Under the pieces are notes generated by a model. The model was not told the origin of the DNA. It made no database searches and saw only the letters and a list, made by a program, of their open reading frames with translations. From a virus (taxonomy: Duplodnaviria; Caudoviricetes), in the IMG/VR virus record IMGVR_UViG_3300010311_001094, positions 1 to 64,000 of that record: a stretch of DNA of 64,000 nucleotides. One strand, 5' to 3'. How positions within the stretch are numbered: position 1 is the stretch's first letter; the number at the start of each line of letters is the position of its first letter. Below are positions 9,390 through 19,767 of this stretch, piece after piece. The translations under genes were made by a program, and so were the position numbers.

Positions 9390-10886
9390 TTAATCCCTCC
9401 GGAACAGATCTCTTGTATAGACCTTCTCTGCAACATCATCAAGCACGGTGTCATAGCGGTTCGCCACGATGCAGCCGCACTTCTTCTTGAACTTCTTCAG
9501 ATCATTCACAACGAGAGAACCGAAGAAGGTGCTGCCGTTTTCAAGGGTCGGCTCATAAATGATAACTGTAGCACCCTTTGCTTTGATACGCTTCATGACG
9601 CCCTGAATGGAGCTTTGACGGAAGTTGTCTGAGTTGGATTTCATTGTCAGGCGATACACACCCACAACGATCTCCTTTTGCTTCATCTCCTGTTCAGCGG
9701 AATAGTCTGCACTGTTGCCATAAGTGCCGGCAATCTCCATGATTCGGTCAGCAATGAAGTCCTTACGGGTGCGGTTAGACTCGACGATAGCAGTCATCAT
9801 ATTCTGAGGAACATTCTGATAGTTTGCAAGCAGCTGCTTTGTATCCTTGGGCAGACAGTAACCGCCGTAACCGAAGGACGGGTTGTTGTAGTAGTCGCCA
9901 ACACGGGGATCAAGACAGATACCTCTGATGATATTTGCAGTATTCAGCCCCTTGACCTCTGCATAGGTATCCAGTTCGTTGAAGTAGCTGACACGAAGCG
10001 CAAGATATGTATTTGCGAACAGCTTCACTGCCTCAGCCTCTGTGGTTGCCATAAAAAGAATATCAATATTCGGCTTGATCGCACCGTGCTGTAAAAGTGC
10101 TGCAAACTCCTCAGCAGCCTTCATGTTCGCTTCATCGGAGCCAACGATGATACGGCTCGGATAGAGGTTGTCATAAAGCGCCTTGGATTCACGAAGAAAC
10201 TCAGGGCTGAAAATGATATTGTCCATGCCCAGCTTTTCACGAACCTGTGCTGTGTAGCCGACAGGGATCGTGGATTTGATGACAATGGTGGGCTTATTCT
10301 TCTTTTTGCCTGTTACTGTCTTAATGAGGGAAAGCACTGCTTCAACAGCGGAGCAGTCAAAGAAGTTGGTCTTGGGATCATAGTTCGTGGGTGCAGCAAC
10401 GATGATGAAATCCGCATCCTTGTAGGCAGATTCGCCGTCGGTTGTAGCTTTGAGGGAAAGCTGACGCTCTTCATGCTCTGCAAGGTACTGCTCGATGAAG
10501 TCATCCTGAATCGGAGACTGCCAGTTGTTAAGCTTCTCAACCTTCTCGGGAATGATGTCCACAGCGGTCACATCGTTGTGCTGAGAAAGCAGAACTGCGA
10601 GAGACAGTCCCACATAGCCGGTACCTGCCACAGCAATCTTCTTGCGCTCTACAGGAGTAACCTTCGAAGCAGTATCGTCTACGAATACATCTCTGTGATC
10701 GAATTCAAGGACCTCTGCAAGAGCGAGCAGCTGATCCACAGAGGGCGTATAGTCTTCACTTTCCAGTCTAGAGATGATCGAACGATTGATGCCTGTTTTT
10801 TTAGACAGGGTAAGCTGCGACATCTTGATTGCCTTTCTTCTGCTTATAACAGTCTCAGCAAGCAGTTTTGAAGATAAGTGCTTCAT
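9390..10886 (-). CDS. ugd: UDP-glucose 6-dehydrogenase with N-terminal XRE HTH domain
   Basis: N-terminal HTH ([27 protein letters not shown]) then [35 protein letters not shown]. Confidence 0.93.
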   Translation of the reverse strand: MKHLSSKLLAETVISRRKAIKMSQLTLSKKTGINRSIISRLESEDYTPSVDQLLALAEVLEFDHRDVFVDDTASKVTPVERKKIAVAGTGYVGLSLAVLLSQHNDVTAVDIIPEKVEKLNNWQSPIQDDFIEQYLAEHEERQLSLKATTDGESAYKDADFIIVAAPTNYDPKTNFFDCSAVEAVLSLIKTVTGKKKNKPTIVIKSTIPVGYTAQVREKLGMDNIIFSPEFLRESKALYDNLYPSRIIVGSDEANMKAAEEFAALLQHGAIKPNIDILFMATTEAEAVKLFANTYLALRVSYFNELDTYAEVKGLNTANIIRGICLDPRVGDYYNNPSFGYGGYCLPKDTKQLLANYQNVPQNMMTAIVESNRTRKDFIADRIMEIAGTYGNSADYSAEQEMKQKEIVVGVYRLTMKSNSDNFRQSSIQGVMKRIKAKGATVIIYEPTLENGSTFFGSLVVNDLKKFKKKCGCIVANRYDTVLDDVAEKVYTRDLFRRD

Positions 10887-10902
10887 AAGTACCTCCTACA
10901 CA

Positions 10903-11054
10903 CAGTGTTACCACTAGCAACACTGGCAATTTCAAATATGATGATATTATTATAGCAGATGTTTCGGCAAAAGTCAATACAAATGTCACCAAATATGAAA
11001 TCACATAGCATCATCGGTTTATGTATTGTGCTTTAAGTGTTGCTAGTGATAACA
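10903..11054 (-). promoter_or_regulatory. Sigma-A promoter of HTH-ugd bracketed by 19-bp inverted repeats
   Basis: Minus strand TTGACT-N17-TATAAT with TG extension (about 10949-10977); IRs 10906-10924 and 11036-11054 (18/19 match). Confidence 0.75.
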
Positions 11055-11334
11055 AAAAGGTCCACTAAGCGGCTGCCGGTTTTTTCGACAGTTGCTCAGT
11101 GGGCGCAGCAGATAGTTATTCGGGTTCCTATCGCCGAGGTGATAGAGATCTTACGGTAATAATTCAATCAATCCGAGATCCATTAATGCAACGATCAATA
11201 GACTCATGCATTGGTAAAGACCGCTTTTTTCTCTATGACTTTCCTCGTAATGATATACATCCAGATTGCATTCAGAGAAATCATCAAGGTCGTAAGCGTA
11301 AATAAATTACAGCACGTATCTTCCGTTATCGACT

Positions 11335-12537
11335 TTATACTATATTATCGGCGTATTCTATCGATATATCCTCCATTTCAATAAGCACCTTTTTGAGCAT
11401 TGACGCATTTTCTTCTGTAAGTTCTTCGCCTATTCTTTCTGAAATGGCGGCAATTAACTCGTTTTCTTTCATATTCCTGCATTTGCAGCCATTTCCTTTC
11501 CGTCCCTCATGGCGTCCTCTGCAGGTCCATACCTTATGCTTGATACCCTTCGGGCCGTTCAGTGTACGTCTTGTCATCGGTTCACCGCATTCGCCGCAGA
11601 ACAGCTTTCCGTACAGGAAGTGTGGTCTGCCGCCAATTCTTCCGACCGCTGCCGTCACCGCTTTCTTTTGACGTATGATCTCCTGTACAGTATCCCATGT
11701 TTTCCTGTCCACAATGGCCTCATGATCATTTTCAAGATAATTACTTTCATACGGCACTCTTTCATCTGGTTTCTTCGTCAGGAAATTCTTGGGAGGCTGC
11801 TTCTGCAGCAGCTTATCTCCCATATATGTCTCATTCTGAAGGATATACATGATATTATTATGTGCAAGCGGCTGGCCTTTTTTCGTCCTGATTCCATAAT
11901 CAGTCAGCAAGCGTCGGATCTCCTCAATGCTCTTGCCTTCAATATACATCTGAAAGATCATGCGAACCGCATCCGCATCCTGATTCGGTACAAGTTTGCC
12001 GTCAACACAGTCATATCCAAGGATACGGTTATTCCCGAGGTTATACTCTCCGCGCTTGAAGCGTTCCCGATATCCCCACCTGACGTTTTCCGAAATAGAG
12101 CGGCTCTCGTCCTGCGCGATTGCAGATAGAAATGAAAACATCATGGAACAGGAAGGCTCGGCGGTATCCAGATTCTCCTTATCGAAATGAATATCAACGC
12201 CGTTACCGTGCAGAAGATTGGCATATTTCTGGCAATCTACGATATTTCGTGAAAATCTGGATATGCTCTTTACAAGGATATAGTCCACCTTGCCGTTCAG
12301 CGCATCCTTGATAAGTCTCTGAAATCCTGGGCGGTTTGAGGCCTTGACACCGCTTTTCTCGTCACTGTATACTCCGGCAAAGTCCCAGTCATCATGTGCC
12401 TGTATGAGCCTTGTATAATAGGAAAGCTGCGCCTCGTAGCTTTCTTCCTGCTCGTCAAGAGTTGTAGACACACGACAGTAGGCCGCTACACGCTTCTTAT
12501 GCTGATCTCTGATTCTGGGGATTCTTGTAATCTTCAT
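11335..12537 (-). CDS. Large serine recombinase
   Basis: YCRVSTT, KSISRFSRN, AQDESRSISEN, zinc ribbon CGECG..WTC..C. Confidence 0.93.
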   Translation of the reverse strand: MKITRIPRIRDQHKKRVAAYCRVSTTLDEQEESYEAQLSYYTRLIQAHDDWDFAGVYSDEKSGVKASNRPGFQRLIKDALNGKVDYILVKSISRFSRNIVDCQKYANLLHGNGVDIHFDKENLDTAEPSCSMMFSFLSAIAQDESRSISENVRWGYRERFKRGEYNLGNNRILGYDCVDGKLVPNQDADAVRMIFQMYIEGKSIEEIRRLLTDYGIRTKKGQPLAHNNIMYILQNETYMGDKLLQKQPPKNFLTKKPDERVPYESNYLENDHEAIVDRKTWDTVQEIIRQKKAVTAAVGRIGGRPHFLYGKLFCGECGEPMTRRTLNGPKGIKHKVWTCRGRHEGRKGNGCKCRNMKENELIAAISERIGEELTEENASMLKKVLIEMEDISIEYADNIV

Positions 12538-14036
12538 TTCTTATCCCTCCCTTTACTTGTCTTTTTCTTTTCAGCTTTCCTCTGCTGCTGATTATAATAG
12601 CGCTTTGCAATTCTGCCCGGAAGATCCGAATCATAAAATACGTCTGAAGGAACCGTTGTCACAAGTCCGCATTTCCAGAAAACTTTCATGGACCTGTCAT
12701 CCGGATCAGGCGTTCCTTTCACTTCCAAAGCAATCAATTCCTTGGTGGTCCTGATGTGTTTTCCGAACTCAATATGGTCAACAAGATCATCCACCCACCA
12801 ATAATCGACCTTTTTCATTCTGGGATATTCTCTTTTGTATCTCAGCATAATTTCTGCCTCAGAGCCGAATTTTGGGCTATCAAGTTTCTTCTCTACAATG
12901 CCGTTGTCCAATGTGTGATAAGCATTGAGCAGCGCTTGATCCACAAAGCTTGCACGGATAATAAACTGTCGGCAGGCATGTTCACCGATCTCACAGCTCC
13001 ATCCGCTTCCGGGTCTTTGTATCTTGATACTCCTCTTAAACAGTCTGGAACCGCAGATCGGACACACGAGTTTGTCTCCGAGCGGGTACTGATTGTTATA
13101 CTTACCGGGCATATCCGGATGAGGTGTTCTTCTTAATGCAAAGATCTGCTTACACCGATTGAATTGTTTCCTGCTGATTATGGCTTGATGATGATTTTCA
13201 ATATAGTAACTGGGCACCTCAGTGGTATCATTCTTTATTTGCTTATGTGTAATATGGCTTTCGCAGATGGTCTTTTGCAGGAGAATATCTCCACAGTATC
13301 TTTCATTCTGAAGCATTAACCGCACTGTACACATGGACCACGTTTCGCAGTTTTCCGGTGTTGGAACATGATTGCTCTGTAAATGCTTCATGATCTTGTC
13401 GATGGACTCACCGTGCTCGTACAGCGTGAATATTTCCTTCACAACCCTGGCCTGTTCCGGCACGATCTGGTATTCTCCGTTTTCATTCTTCTCGTATCCG
13501 TACAGTTTGCTCCAACGGGATCTTCCTTCCTCATAGCGTTTTCTGATACTCCATGTCGTATTCAGCGAAATAGAGCGGCTTTCCTCCTGTGCAAATGCTG
13601 CAAGGACGGTCAGAAGCATTTCTGAGAATGCTGTTCTGGTATCGATATGATTGCTTTCAAAGATAAGATGTACTCCGATCTCATTGAGGTGTCTGACAAA
13701 CGTCAGGCATTCAAGGGTATTTCTGGCAAAGCGGGAAATACTCTTGGTTACGATAAGATCGATTTTTCCGGCTTCACAATCCCTGATCATTTTCCGGAAT
13801 TGTTTTCGCTTTGAAACACTGGTACCTGTCATGCCTTCATCTGCATAGATTCCTGCCAGCTTCCAGCCCGGTCTGCTTTCTATCATATCAGTATAGGATC
13901 TGACCTGATTCTCGAAGCTGGTTCTCTGCTCATCATTGTCAGTAGACACACGGCAGTATGCTGCAACTCTCAGCTCTTTCGCAGTATCCGGTTCTTCAGG
14001 ATTCTGCGGCTCAAGAATGATCTTCTCAATATTCAT
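12534..14036 (-). CDS. Large serine recombinase
   Basis: YCRVSTD, KSISRFARN, AQEESRSIS, zinc ribbon CPICG; start placed at MNIEK. Confidence 0.93.
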   Translation of the reverse strand: MNIEKIILEPQNPEEPDTAKELRVAAYCRVSTDNDEQRTSFENQVRSYTDMIESRPGWKLAGIYADEGMTGTSVSKRKQFRKMIRDCEAGKIDLIVTKSISRFARNTLECLTFVRHLNEIGVHLIFESNHIDTRTAFSEMLLTVLAAFAQEESRSISLNTTWSIRKRYEEGRSRWSKLYGYEKNENGEYQIVPEQARVVKEIFTLYEHGESIDKIMKHLQSNHVPTPENCETWSMCTVRLMLQNERYCGDILLQKTICESHITHKQIKNDTTEVPSYYIENHHQAIISRKQFNRCKQIFALRRTPHPDMPGKYNNQYPLGDKLVCPICGSRLFKRSIKIQRPGSGWSCEIGEHACRQFIIRASFVDQALLNAYHTLDNGIVEKKLDSPKFGSEAEIMLRYKREYPRMKKVDYWWVDDLVDHIEFGKHIRTTKELIALEVKGTPDPDDRSMKVFWKCGLVTTVPSDVFYDSDLPGRIAKRYYNQQQRKAEKKKTSKGRDKK

Positions 14037-14090
14037 AATTTGCCCCTTTCTGAATGGGATCAACTGAGTATTATCCCTCAGCGTTATCCT

Positions 14091-14190
14091 ATTATTGCGT
14101 AAAACAGCCGATATATCAAGTCATTTCGCAATCATAAATCGGAGAATAATCCCGATGTTTCAGCAGGATAACTGGTCAATATACAGAAAA
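14091..14190 (-). promoter_or_regulatory. Putative promoter of the second LSR pair with upstream conserved motif
   Basis: TTGATA-N17-AATAAT on minus strand; upstream TAAATCGGAGAATAATCCCGATGTTTCAGCA resembles 48161-48190. Confidence 0.5.
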
Positions 14191-14218
14191 AAGCGGCCTC
14201 CTGTAATCAGAAAGCCGC
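14187..14218 (-). terminator. Rho-independent terminator
   Basis: GCGGCTTTCTG-atta-CAGGAGGCCGC followed by a T-run on the minus strand. Confidence 0.7.
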
Positions 14219-14224
14219 ATAGTA

Positions 14225-15700
14225 TTATTTATTATTCCGCACTTCTTCAACAAGCTTCGGAAACTGTGAAGGGTACCTCAGAAGATAGGCATCCCATAAT
14301 TCTGCCTTGTGTCTTGGATCCTGTGAGTCCCGCAGCACACCGGAAGATAATGTTGTCACACTGCCGCATTTCCAGTGAATGCTAATCGTTCTGTCATCAA
14401 TACCACCTTTTTTCAGTTCAGAAGCCGTGTGGCTGTGCAAGCCAAAATCTATCCTTTCAATCAGATCATCCAGCCACCAGTAATCAATTTTACTGAATGA
14501 TGGATATTTTTCTTTTACCTGCAGGAGCAGTTCTGCATTTTCTGCCCTATCAGCATTTTTGCTATTTACGATACGCTTCACTTCTTCTAAATCAAGCGTT
14601 TCATAGGCTTTAAGAATTGCTTTTTCTACTTCCTGAGACTGTATTACGAATTCTCTGCATGCTCCTTCGCCCTCACAGCAGAAATGAGTATAACAGTTCT
14701 GGATCAACAGTTTTCTGTGGCGGAGAACATGTCCACAATAGGGGCAGCGGATGAATTCTGCAAATGGATACTGCAGCGGCGTTGTTGATTTCTTCAGTTC
14801 AAGGATCACATTGCACCGTTCAAACTGTTTCCTTGATATAATGGGCTCATGGTGATTTTTTATATATACACTTGGCAGTGCTCCGTTATTCCGGCGTGAA
14901 CGATGAGTGATATAATCCTTTACATAGTATTTCTGAGCTATGATATCACCAACATATTTCTCATTGGCTATCATGTAGTGGATCCTTGAATCGTCCCAAA
15001 TCTTATCTTTTCCATCCGGTCTCGTATATCCTTTCTCATACAGTATCCTTGTTATCTCAGGAACAGATGTCCCGTGTTCATATAAATCAAAAATCAGTCT
15101 GACGGCCTCTGCCTCTCTTGGAACGATCTCTATATTATCGTTTGCTTCATTCTTTCGGTAACCGTAGCACCTTATCAAAAGCGGTTCACCGTTCTGAAGC
15201 CGTTTCCGTTTTCCCCATCTTACATTCTCCGAATGTGAATGGCTCTCTTCCTGGGCGAACGCCGCAAATACAGAAAGCAGTATTTCTGAAGAGATCATAT
15301 CTGTATCGATTCCTTCTTTTTCAAGTATTAATCGTACTCCAAGATCTCTGAGCTTTTTGATACAATTCAGTGCATCAAGCGTATTACGCGCAAATCGGGA
15401 CAGTGATTTACAGATCACGCAATCTATAAGGCCTTTTTCACAGTCTTCAAGCATTCTGAGGAACTCTTTACGTCTCGCCATCATTGTCGCAGAAGTACCT
15501 CTGTCGGCGTAGATCCCTGCAAACTCCCAGTCGGGCTCCGAAGAAATCTTTTCTGTATATACTGCAACCTGTGTTTCGTAACTGGTAAGCTGCTCTTCAG
15601 ACTTTGAGGAAACACGACAATAAGCACATACACGCAGCTTCGGCTTTGTGGTCCCGGAAATATCCTGATTGAGTATTCGCTTTATCTTTGTGCTTCCCAC
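14225..15700 (-). CDS. Large serine recombinase
   Basis: YCRVSSK, KSLSRFARN, AQEESHSHSEN, zinc ribbon CPYCG; GTG start with GGAGG. Confidence 0.93.
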   Translation of the reverse strand: MGSTKIKRILNQDISGTTKPKLRVCAYCRVSSKSEEQLTSYETQVAVYTEKISSEPDWEFAGIYADRGTSATMMARRKEFLRMLEDCEKGLIDCVICKSLSRFARNTLDALNCIKKLRDLGVRLILEKEGIDTDMISSEILLSVFAAFAQEESHSHSENVRWGKRKRLQNGEPLLIRCYGYRKNEANDNIEIVPREAEAVRLIFDLYEHGTSVPEITRILYEKGYTRPDGKDKIWDDSRIHYMIANEKYVGDIIAQKYYVKDYITHRSRRNNGALPSVYIKNHHEPIISRKQFERCNVILELKKSTTPLQYPFAEFIRCPYCGHVLRHRKLLIQNCYTHFCCEGEGACREFVIQSQEVEKAILKAYETLDLEEVKRIVNSKNADRAENAELLLQVKEKYPSFSKIDYWWLDDLIERIDFGLHSHTASELKKGGIDDRTISIHWKCGSVTTLSSGVLRDSQDPRHKAELWDAYLLRYPSQFPKLVEEVRNNK

Positions 15701-16430
15701 AATTTTACCTCCTTTTCCGCGATCTTTTGGCTTTTTTCCATCAGATATTTTTCTTCAGCAGAGAATACCGATCTTCCGCCTCCGATTGTCCCGTGTTTTA
15801 TCAATTCCTGAACAATGTCGAATAACTCGTGGCTTACGATTGCCGGATGATGCCCTTCAATAAGGATCTGATCTACAAAACCTTTATTTTTGACTCTTTT
15901 TTCCTTTCCGTTACTATCAATGATCGTACATTCTTTGTTGGATAGGAAATCACCCACATAGTTCTCACTGCGCAGAAGCAATGCCACAGTAGGATTTGTC
16001 CATACTTTTTCGCTTCCTTCTTCTCTTTCCATACGATTCATTTCATCTCTGATTTCAGAGTATGTGTGGCACATAGCAGCCATGTAGAAGGCCATTCTGA
16101 CAACTTCTGCCTGATTCGGAACGATCACCCAGCCATGATTCTTTCCGTCAGATGTGTAGCCATATCTTGGAGGAGACCATGTTTCTCCTCGTTCAAGGTG
16201 TTTCATTCTGCTCCATGCCTGATTCTGCGATAAAGAAATGCTCTCTTCCTGCGCGATCGTTGCAAGTATACCGAGTATCAATTCTCCTGTCATGGTATCA
16301 GTATCAAGGTTTTCTTTCTCAAATAATACACGCACCCCAAGTTCCTTGAGATGTCTGACCGTTTCAACACAGTCTGCCATGTTTCTTGCAAATCGTGATA
16401 TACTTTTCGTCAGGATAAGATCTATCTTCC
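15682..16430 (-). pseudogene. 5'-truncated large serine recombinase (3' part of a gene interrupted by the prophage)
   Basis: Homology starts abruptly at KIDLILTKSISRFARN (about 16428); the catalytic RVS motif is absent; upstream sequence is repeats and a terminator. Confidence 0.85.
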
Positions 16431-16479
16431 TACTTCCGTAGATACAAGCTGATTCTGATTGTCGGTCAGCTATCAAATT

Positions 16480-16649
16480 GGGTGCATCGGGGGTGCATAG
16501 AAAAGACGGCGAAGGTGCAGTAGGGTGCATCACCAAACGATAGCTTTTCAGGCACTTCCAAAAACATCGTAAAATCGGCATTTCCAAAAGGTGCATTGGG
16601 TGCGTCAGGGGTGCAATCGAGGGTGCATTGGGTGCAATCGGGGGTGCAT
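16480..16649 (+). repeat. Ten GGTGC(A) direct repeats at the prophage end
   Basis: Copies at 16481, 16492, 16514, 16524, 16590, 16599, 16610, 16622, 16631, 16643. Confidence 0.85.
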
Positions 16650-16696
16650 AAACAAACGAAAGCCCTATGTATAGCACAATGCTCATCCATACAAAC

Positions 16697-16733
16697 AAAA
16701 AAAGAAGGCACTCCGCTGAAATAGCAAAGTGCC
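16697..16733 (-). terminator. Rho-independent terminator after the prophage LSR pair
   Basis: GGCACTTTGCT-attt-CAGCGGAGTGCC then TTCTTTTTTT. Confidence 0.75.
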
Positions 16734-16768
16734 ATAGAGATGCATCTTTGATTTTAATGTTTCTATTT

Positions 16769-18322
16769 TCAGTCCTTGAATTTCACTCGAATGTCGTCCT
16801 TGCTGTACACAGTCACACTCTCCACAAGCAGCCCCCAGAGGTCTTCGTCAAATTCGTTCAGCGGGTTCTGCTTGTCAATGTTTGCAATAAAGCTCTCCAT
16901 CGCCTGCACCCGCGCCTGCCGTGCGGTAATTTCCCTGTCAAGCTCCTCGTACTTGCTCTTGGCAACATCGTAGCGATCAACGAGCATATTGTATCGCTGT
17001 TGGTACTCCTGCTGGTTCTGTGCGATCCGAGCGTTCTCCCGAATACAGTTTTCGACCATTTCAGCCAGCATTGCAGTCTCTTCCTTGAAGTGTTCGTGCT
17101 CTGCCATCAGTGCAGTCATATCTGAAATTTCTGCAATGCTCGCCCGAAGGTTCGCTATGATCTCTGCTTTGTTTTGGAGCATATTGTTGACAGCCTGAAT
17201 GAAAACAGTCTTGATCTCATCGGCGGTCAGGTGTGGTGTTTCGCAGCGTTTTGCATCCTTGTACTTATGACCACATTGGTATACTACACGCCGATAGCGG
17301 TCACTCGAATGCCAGACTTTCGGACTGTAAAAGCATCCGCATTCGCCGCAGACCAGTTTTGCCGCAAGAATATCCACGCCACTATAGCGGCTTTTCTGTG
17401 ACTGCCGTCTCTCCATTTCAACCTGTACCGCTTCAAATATCTCAGGGGTAACAATGCCCTCATGACTGCCCTCCACATAATACATCGGGATCTCCCCGTG
17501 ATTGATTTTCTTTTTTTTCGTCAGAAAATCGGAGGTGTAGGTCTTTTGCAGAAGTGCATCGCCCTTATACTTTTCATTTGTCAGGATACTTTTCACAGTG
17601 CTGCTGTGCCATTTGTCCTTTCCGGCGGGAGTTTTAATTCCCCGCTCGGTGAGTCTCTTCGCAATGGTATGCGGTGTCAGTCCGGTCAGAAACAGGCTGT
17701 AAATTTCACGCACGATTTCCGCCTCGGCTTCATTCACAACCAGTTTTCCGCCCGGGCCTTTATCATAACCGAGAAACCGTCCAAACGGAACATTCGGTTT
17801 TCCGTCTGCCATGCGCTTTCGCTGCCCCCAGATCACGTTTTCTGAAATCGAGCGTGACTCCTCCTGCGCTAAACTCGACATAATGCTGATGAGCAATTCT
17901 CCGCGTCCGTCAAATGTCCAGATATTCTCTTTCTCAAAAAAGCACTCAACATTATGCTCCTTCAGTTCACGGATCGTTGAGAGGCTGTCAACCGTATTTC
18001 GGGCGAATCTCGACACGCTCTTTGTTATGATGAGATCCAACCGGCCTGCCAGCGCATCTGCGACCATTTGTCTGAAGCCTTCTCTCTTTGCCGTTGAGCA
18101 ACCACTCAGACCTTCATCGGCGTAGACCTTGACGAATTCCCAATCTGCGTGTTCTTTGATGTAGTCGGTGTAGTAGCTGACCTGCGCCTCATAAGATGTG
18201 AGCTGTTCTTCGTGGTCAGTCGATACTCTTGCGTAGGCAGCCACACGCCTTTTCACCGGTGCATTGATCGGCGCAGAGGTATATCGGCTTATCGATGCAG
18301 GGATTTTTGTTACTGTACTCAT
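16769..18322 (-). CDS. Prophage large serine recombinase (integrase) with zinc ribbon and coiled coil
   Basis: YARVSTDHEEQ, KSVSRFARN, CGECG, C-terminal coiled coil. Confidence 0.93.
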   Translation of the reverse strand: MSTVTKIPASISRYTSAPINAPVKRRVAAYARVSTDHEEQLTSYEAQVSYYTDYIKEHADWEFVKVYADEGLSGCSTAKREGFRQMVADALAGRLDLIITKSVSRFARNTVDSLSTIRELKEHNVECFFEKENIWTFDGRGELLISIMSSLAQEESRSISENVIWGQRKRMADGKPNVPFGRFLGYDKGPGGKLVVNEAEAEIVREIYSLFLTGLTPHTIAKRLTERGIKTPAGKDKWHSSTVKSILTNEKYKGDALLQKTYTSDFLTKKKKINHGEIPMYYVEGSHEGIVTPEIFEAVQVEMERRQSQKSRYSGVDILAAKLVCGECGCFYSPKVWHSSDRYRRVVYQCGHKYKDAKRCETPHLTADEIKTVFIQAVNNMLQNKAEIIANLRASIAEISDMTALMAEHEHFKEETAMLAEMVENCIRENARIAQNQQEYQQRYNMLVDRYDVAKSKYEELDREITARQARVQAMESFIANIDKQNPLNEFDEDLWGLLVESVTVYSKDDIRVKFKD

Positions 18323-19734
18323 TTTTCTGCCTTTCTGCGATATTGCCGCTTGCTTGGGATATACTGCTGTGTGACCGTATGACCATCACGAAAATGGAAT
18401 GTCAGCATATCTCCGAGAATCGATATGTGCGACAGCCGCTGTTCCATGATTTCTGCATCAAATTCAGAAATTTCAAGTACGGCGGCAATCTGCTTTTTCA
18501 GTGCTGCATCCTGCATTGTTTTTGGTCTCTCCGTGCTCGCAGAAACACGATGATGCTTGAAGCATTCCCACCACAGTTCTGTTGTGCCGTCAGCATAGTA
18601 TTTGGTATTCGCTGTCATATTTTGCCCACAGGTCTCGCATTTGATAAAAAGCGATAGATCATACCTGAAATGCCTGTAGGTCTCTCTGGACTTATAGATT
18701 TCGGCATGGTTTGCACGTTGTTCATCCGACCAGTATGCTTTTCTGCGTGGGTATGATGACTTCGGCTTTTTCCCATCTTTCGGATGATGCATATAGGTAT
18801 CCTTGGCGGCAATGCCGTTCACGATGGGAACACCATACCGCCTTGCGATCTCCTGCTGTACCGCATCGAATGTTTCCTGTGATATAATCGCAGGGTGCGA
18901 ATCATGAATCAAAAACATAGGCAGTTCACCGTTGTTCCTGCGTTCCTTGTGCGACACATGACTCTCAGTATAAAACTTTTGCAAGAGCATATTTCCGGTA
19001 TACTTTTCCTGACGGAGAATATAGCTCAGTACTGTCCCCGTGAACTTTTTTCCGTAATAGGATTTTGTACCGGAAGCATTCAGCTTCTTGCAGATGATAT
19101 AGCAGGAATCACCCGCAAGATACCAATCAAAAATCTGCCGGATAATTTCTGCTTCATCCGGCACGATTTCAAGCTTTCCGTCAACAACTCGATAACCGTA
19201 GCAGATGCAGTTTTTCGGCTGTCCGCTTTCATATCGTTTCCAGATACCCCATTTGCAATTTTCGGAAATTGAGCGCGACTCCTCCTGTGCGAAACTTGCA
19301 AGCAGGGTAAGCATCAATTCTCCACCGTCTGAAAAGGAGCTGATATGCTCTTTTTCAAATCGCACTTCGATTCCGATTTCCTTCAAATGGCGCACTGTTT
19401 CAAGCAGGTCTACAGTATTTCTTGCGAAGCGTGAGATGCTTTTTACCAGCACAATGTCGATAAGCCCTTTATCACAATCTGCGATTAGCCGCTTGAACTC
19501 CTGCCGATTGGAAATACCTGTTCCGGAAACCGCACTGTCCGCATATACCCCTGCATATTGCCATTCGGGGTTTCTTTGGATCAGATCACTGTAGTAGCTG
19601 ACCTGCGCAGACAAGGAATGCATCAGGCGGTCAGTTACCATCGAAACACGGGCATAAGCAGCAACCCGCTTTCTTATTGGAAGACTTGCGATAGCAGGCT
19701 CAATTTTCGTGATTTTGGGCGCTTTTTCTGCCAT
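18319..19734 (-). CDS. Prophage large serine recombinase
   Basis: YARVSMVTD, KSISRFARN, AQEESRSISEN, CETCG. Confidence 0.92.
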   Translation of the reverse strand: MAEKAPKITKIEPAIASLPIRKRVAAYARVSMVTDRLMHSLSAQVSYYSDLIQRNPEWQYAGVYADSAVSGTGISNRQEFKRLIADCDKGLIDIVLVKSISRFARNTVDLLETVRHLKEIGIEVRFEKEHISSFSDGGELMLTLLASFAQEESRSISENCKWGIWKRYESGQPKNCICYGYRVVDGKLEIVPDEAEIIRQIFDWYLAGDSCYIICKKLNASGTKSYYGKKFTGTVLSYILRQEKYTGNMLLQKFYTESHVSHKERRNNGELPMFLIHDSHPAIISQETFDAVQQEIARRYGVPIVNGIAAKDTYMHHPKDGKKPKSSYPRRKAYWSDEQRANHAEIYKSRETYRHFRYDLSLFIKCETCGQNMTANTKYYADGTTELWWECFKHHRVSASTERPKTMQDAALKKQIAAVLEISEFDAEIMEQRLSHISILGDMLTFHFRDGHTVTQQYIPSKRQYRRKAEK

Positions 19735-19767
19735 ATAGCAGACCTCCTTCCTCGTTTATCAGCTACC

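Noticed and set aside
11099-11330. Small ORF or membrane-protein remnant between ugd and the LSR array
   Set aside because: The minus strand shows a short hydrophobic broken frame, but it is too fragmentary to assign or to call an att site.
16431-16698. N-terminal part of ORF 15682-16698 (and ORF 16466-16735) as real protein
   Set aside because: It is a translation of the GGTGCA repeats and terminator region; LSR homology starts only at about 16428.
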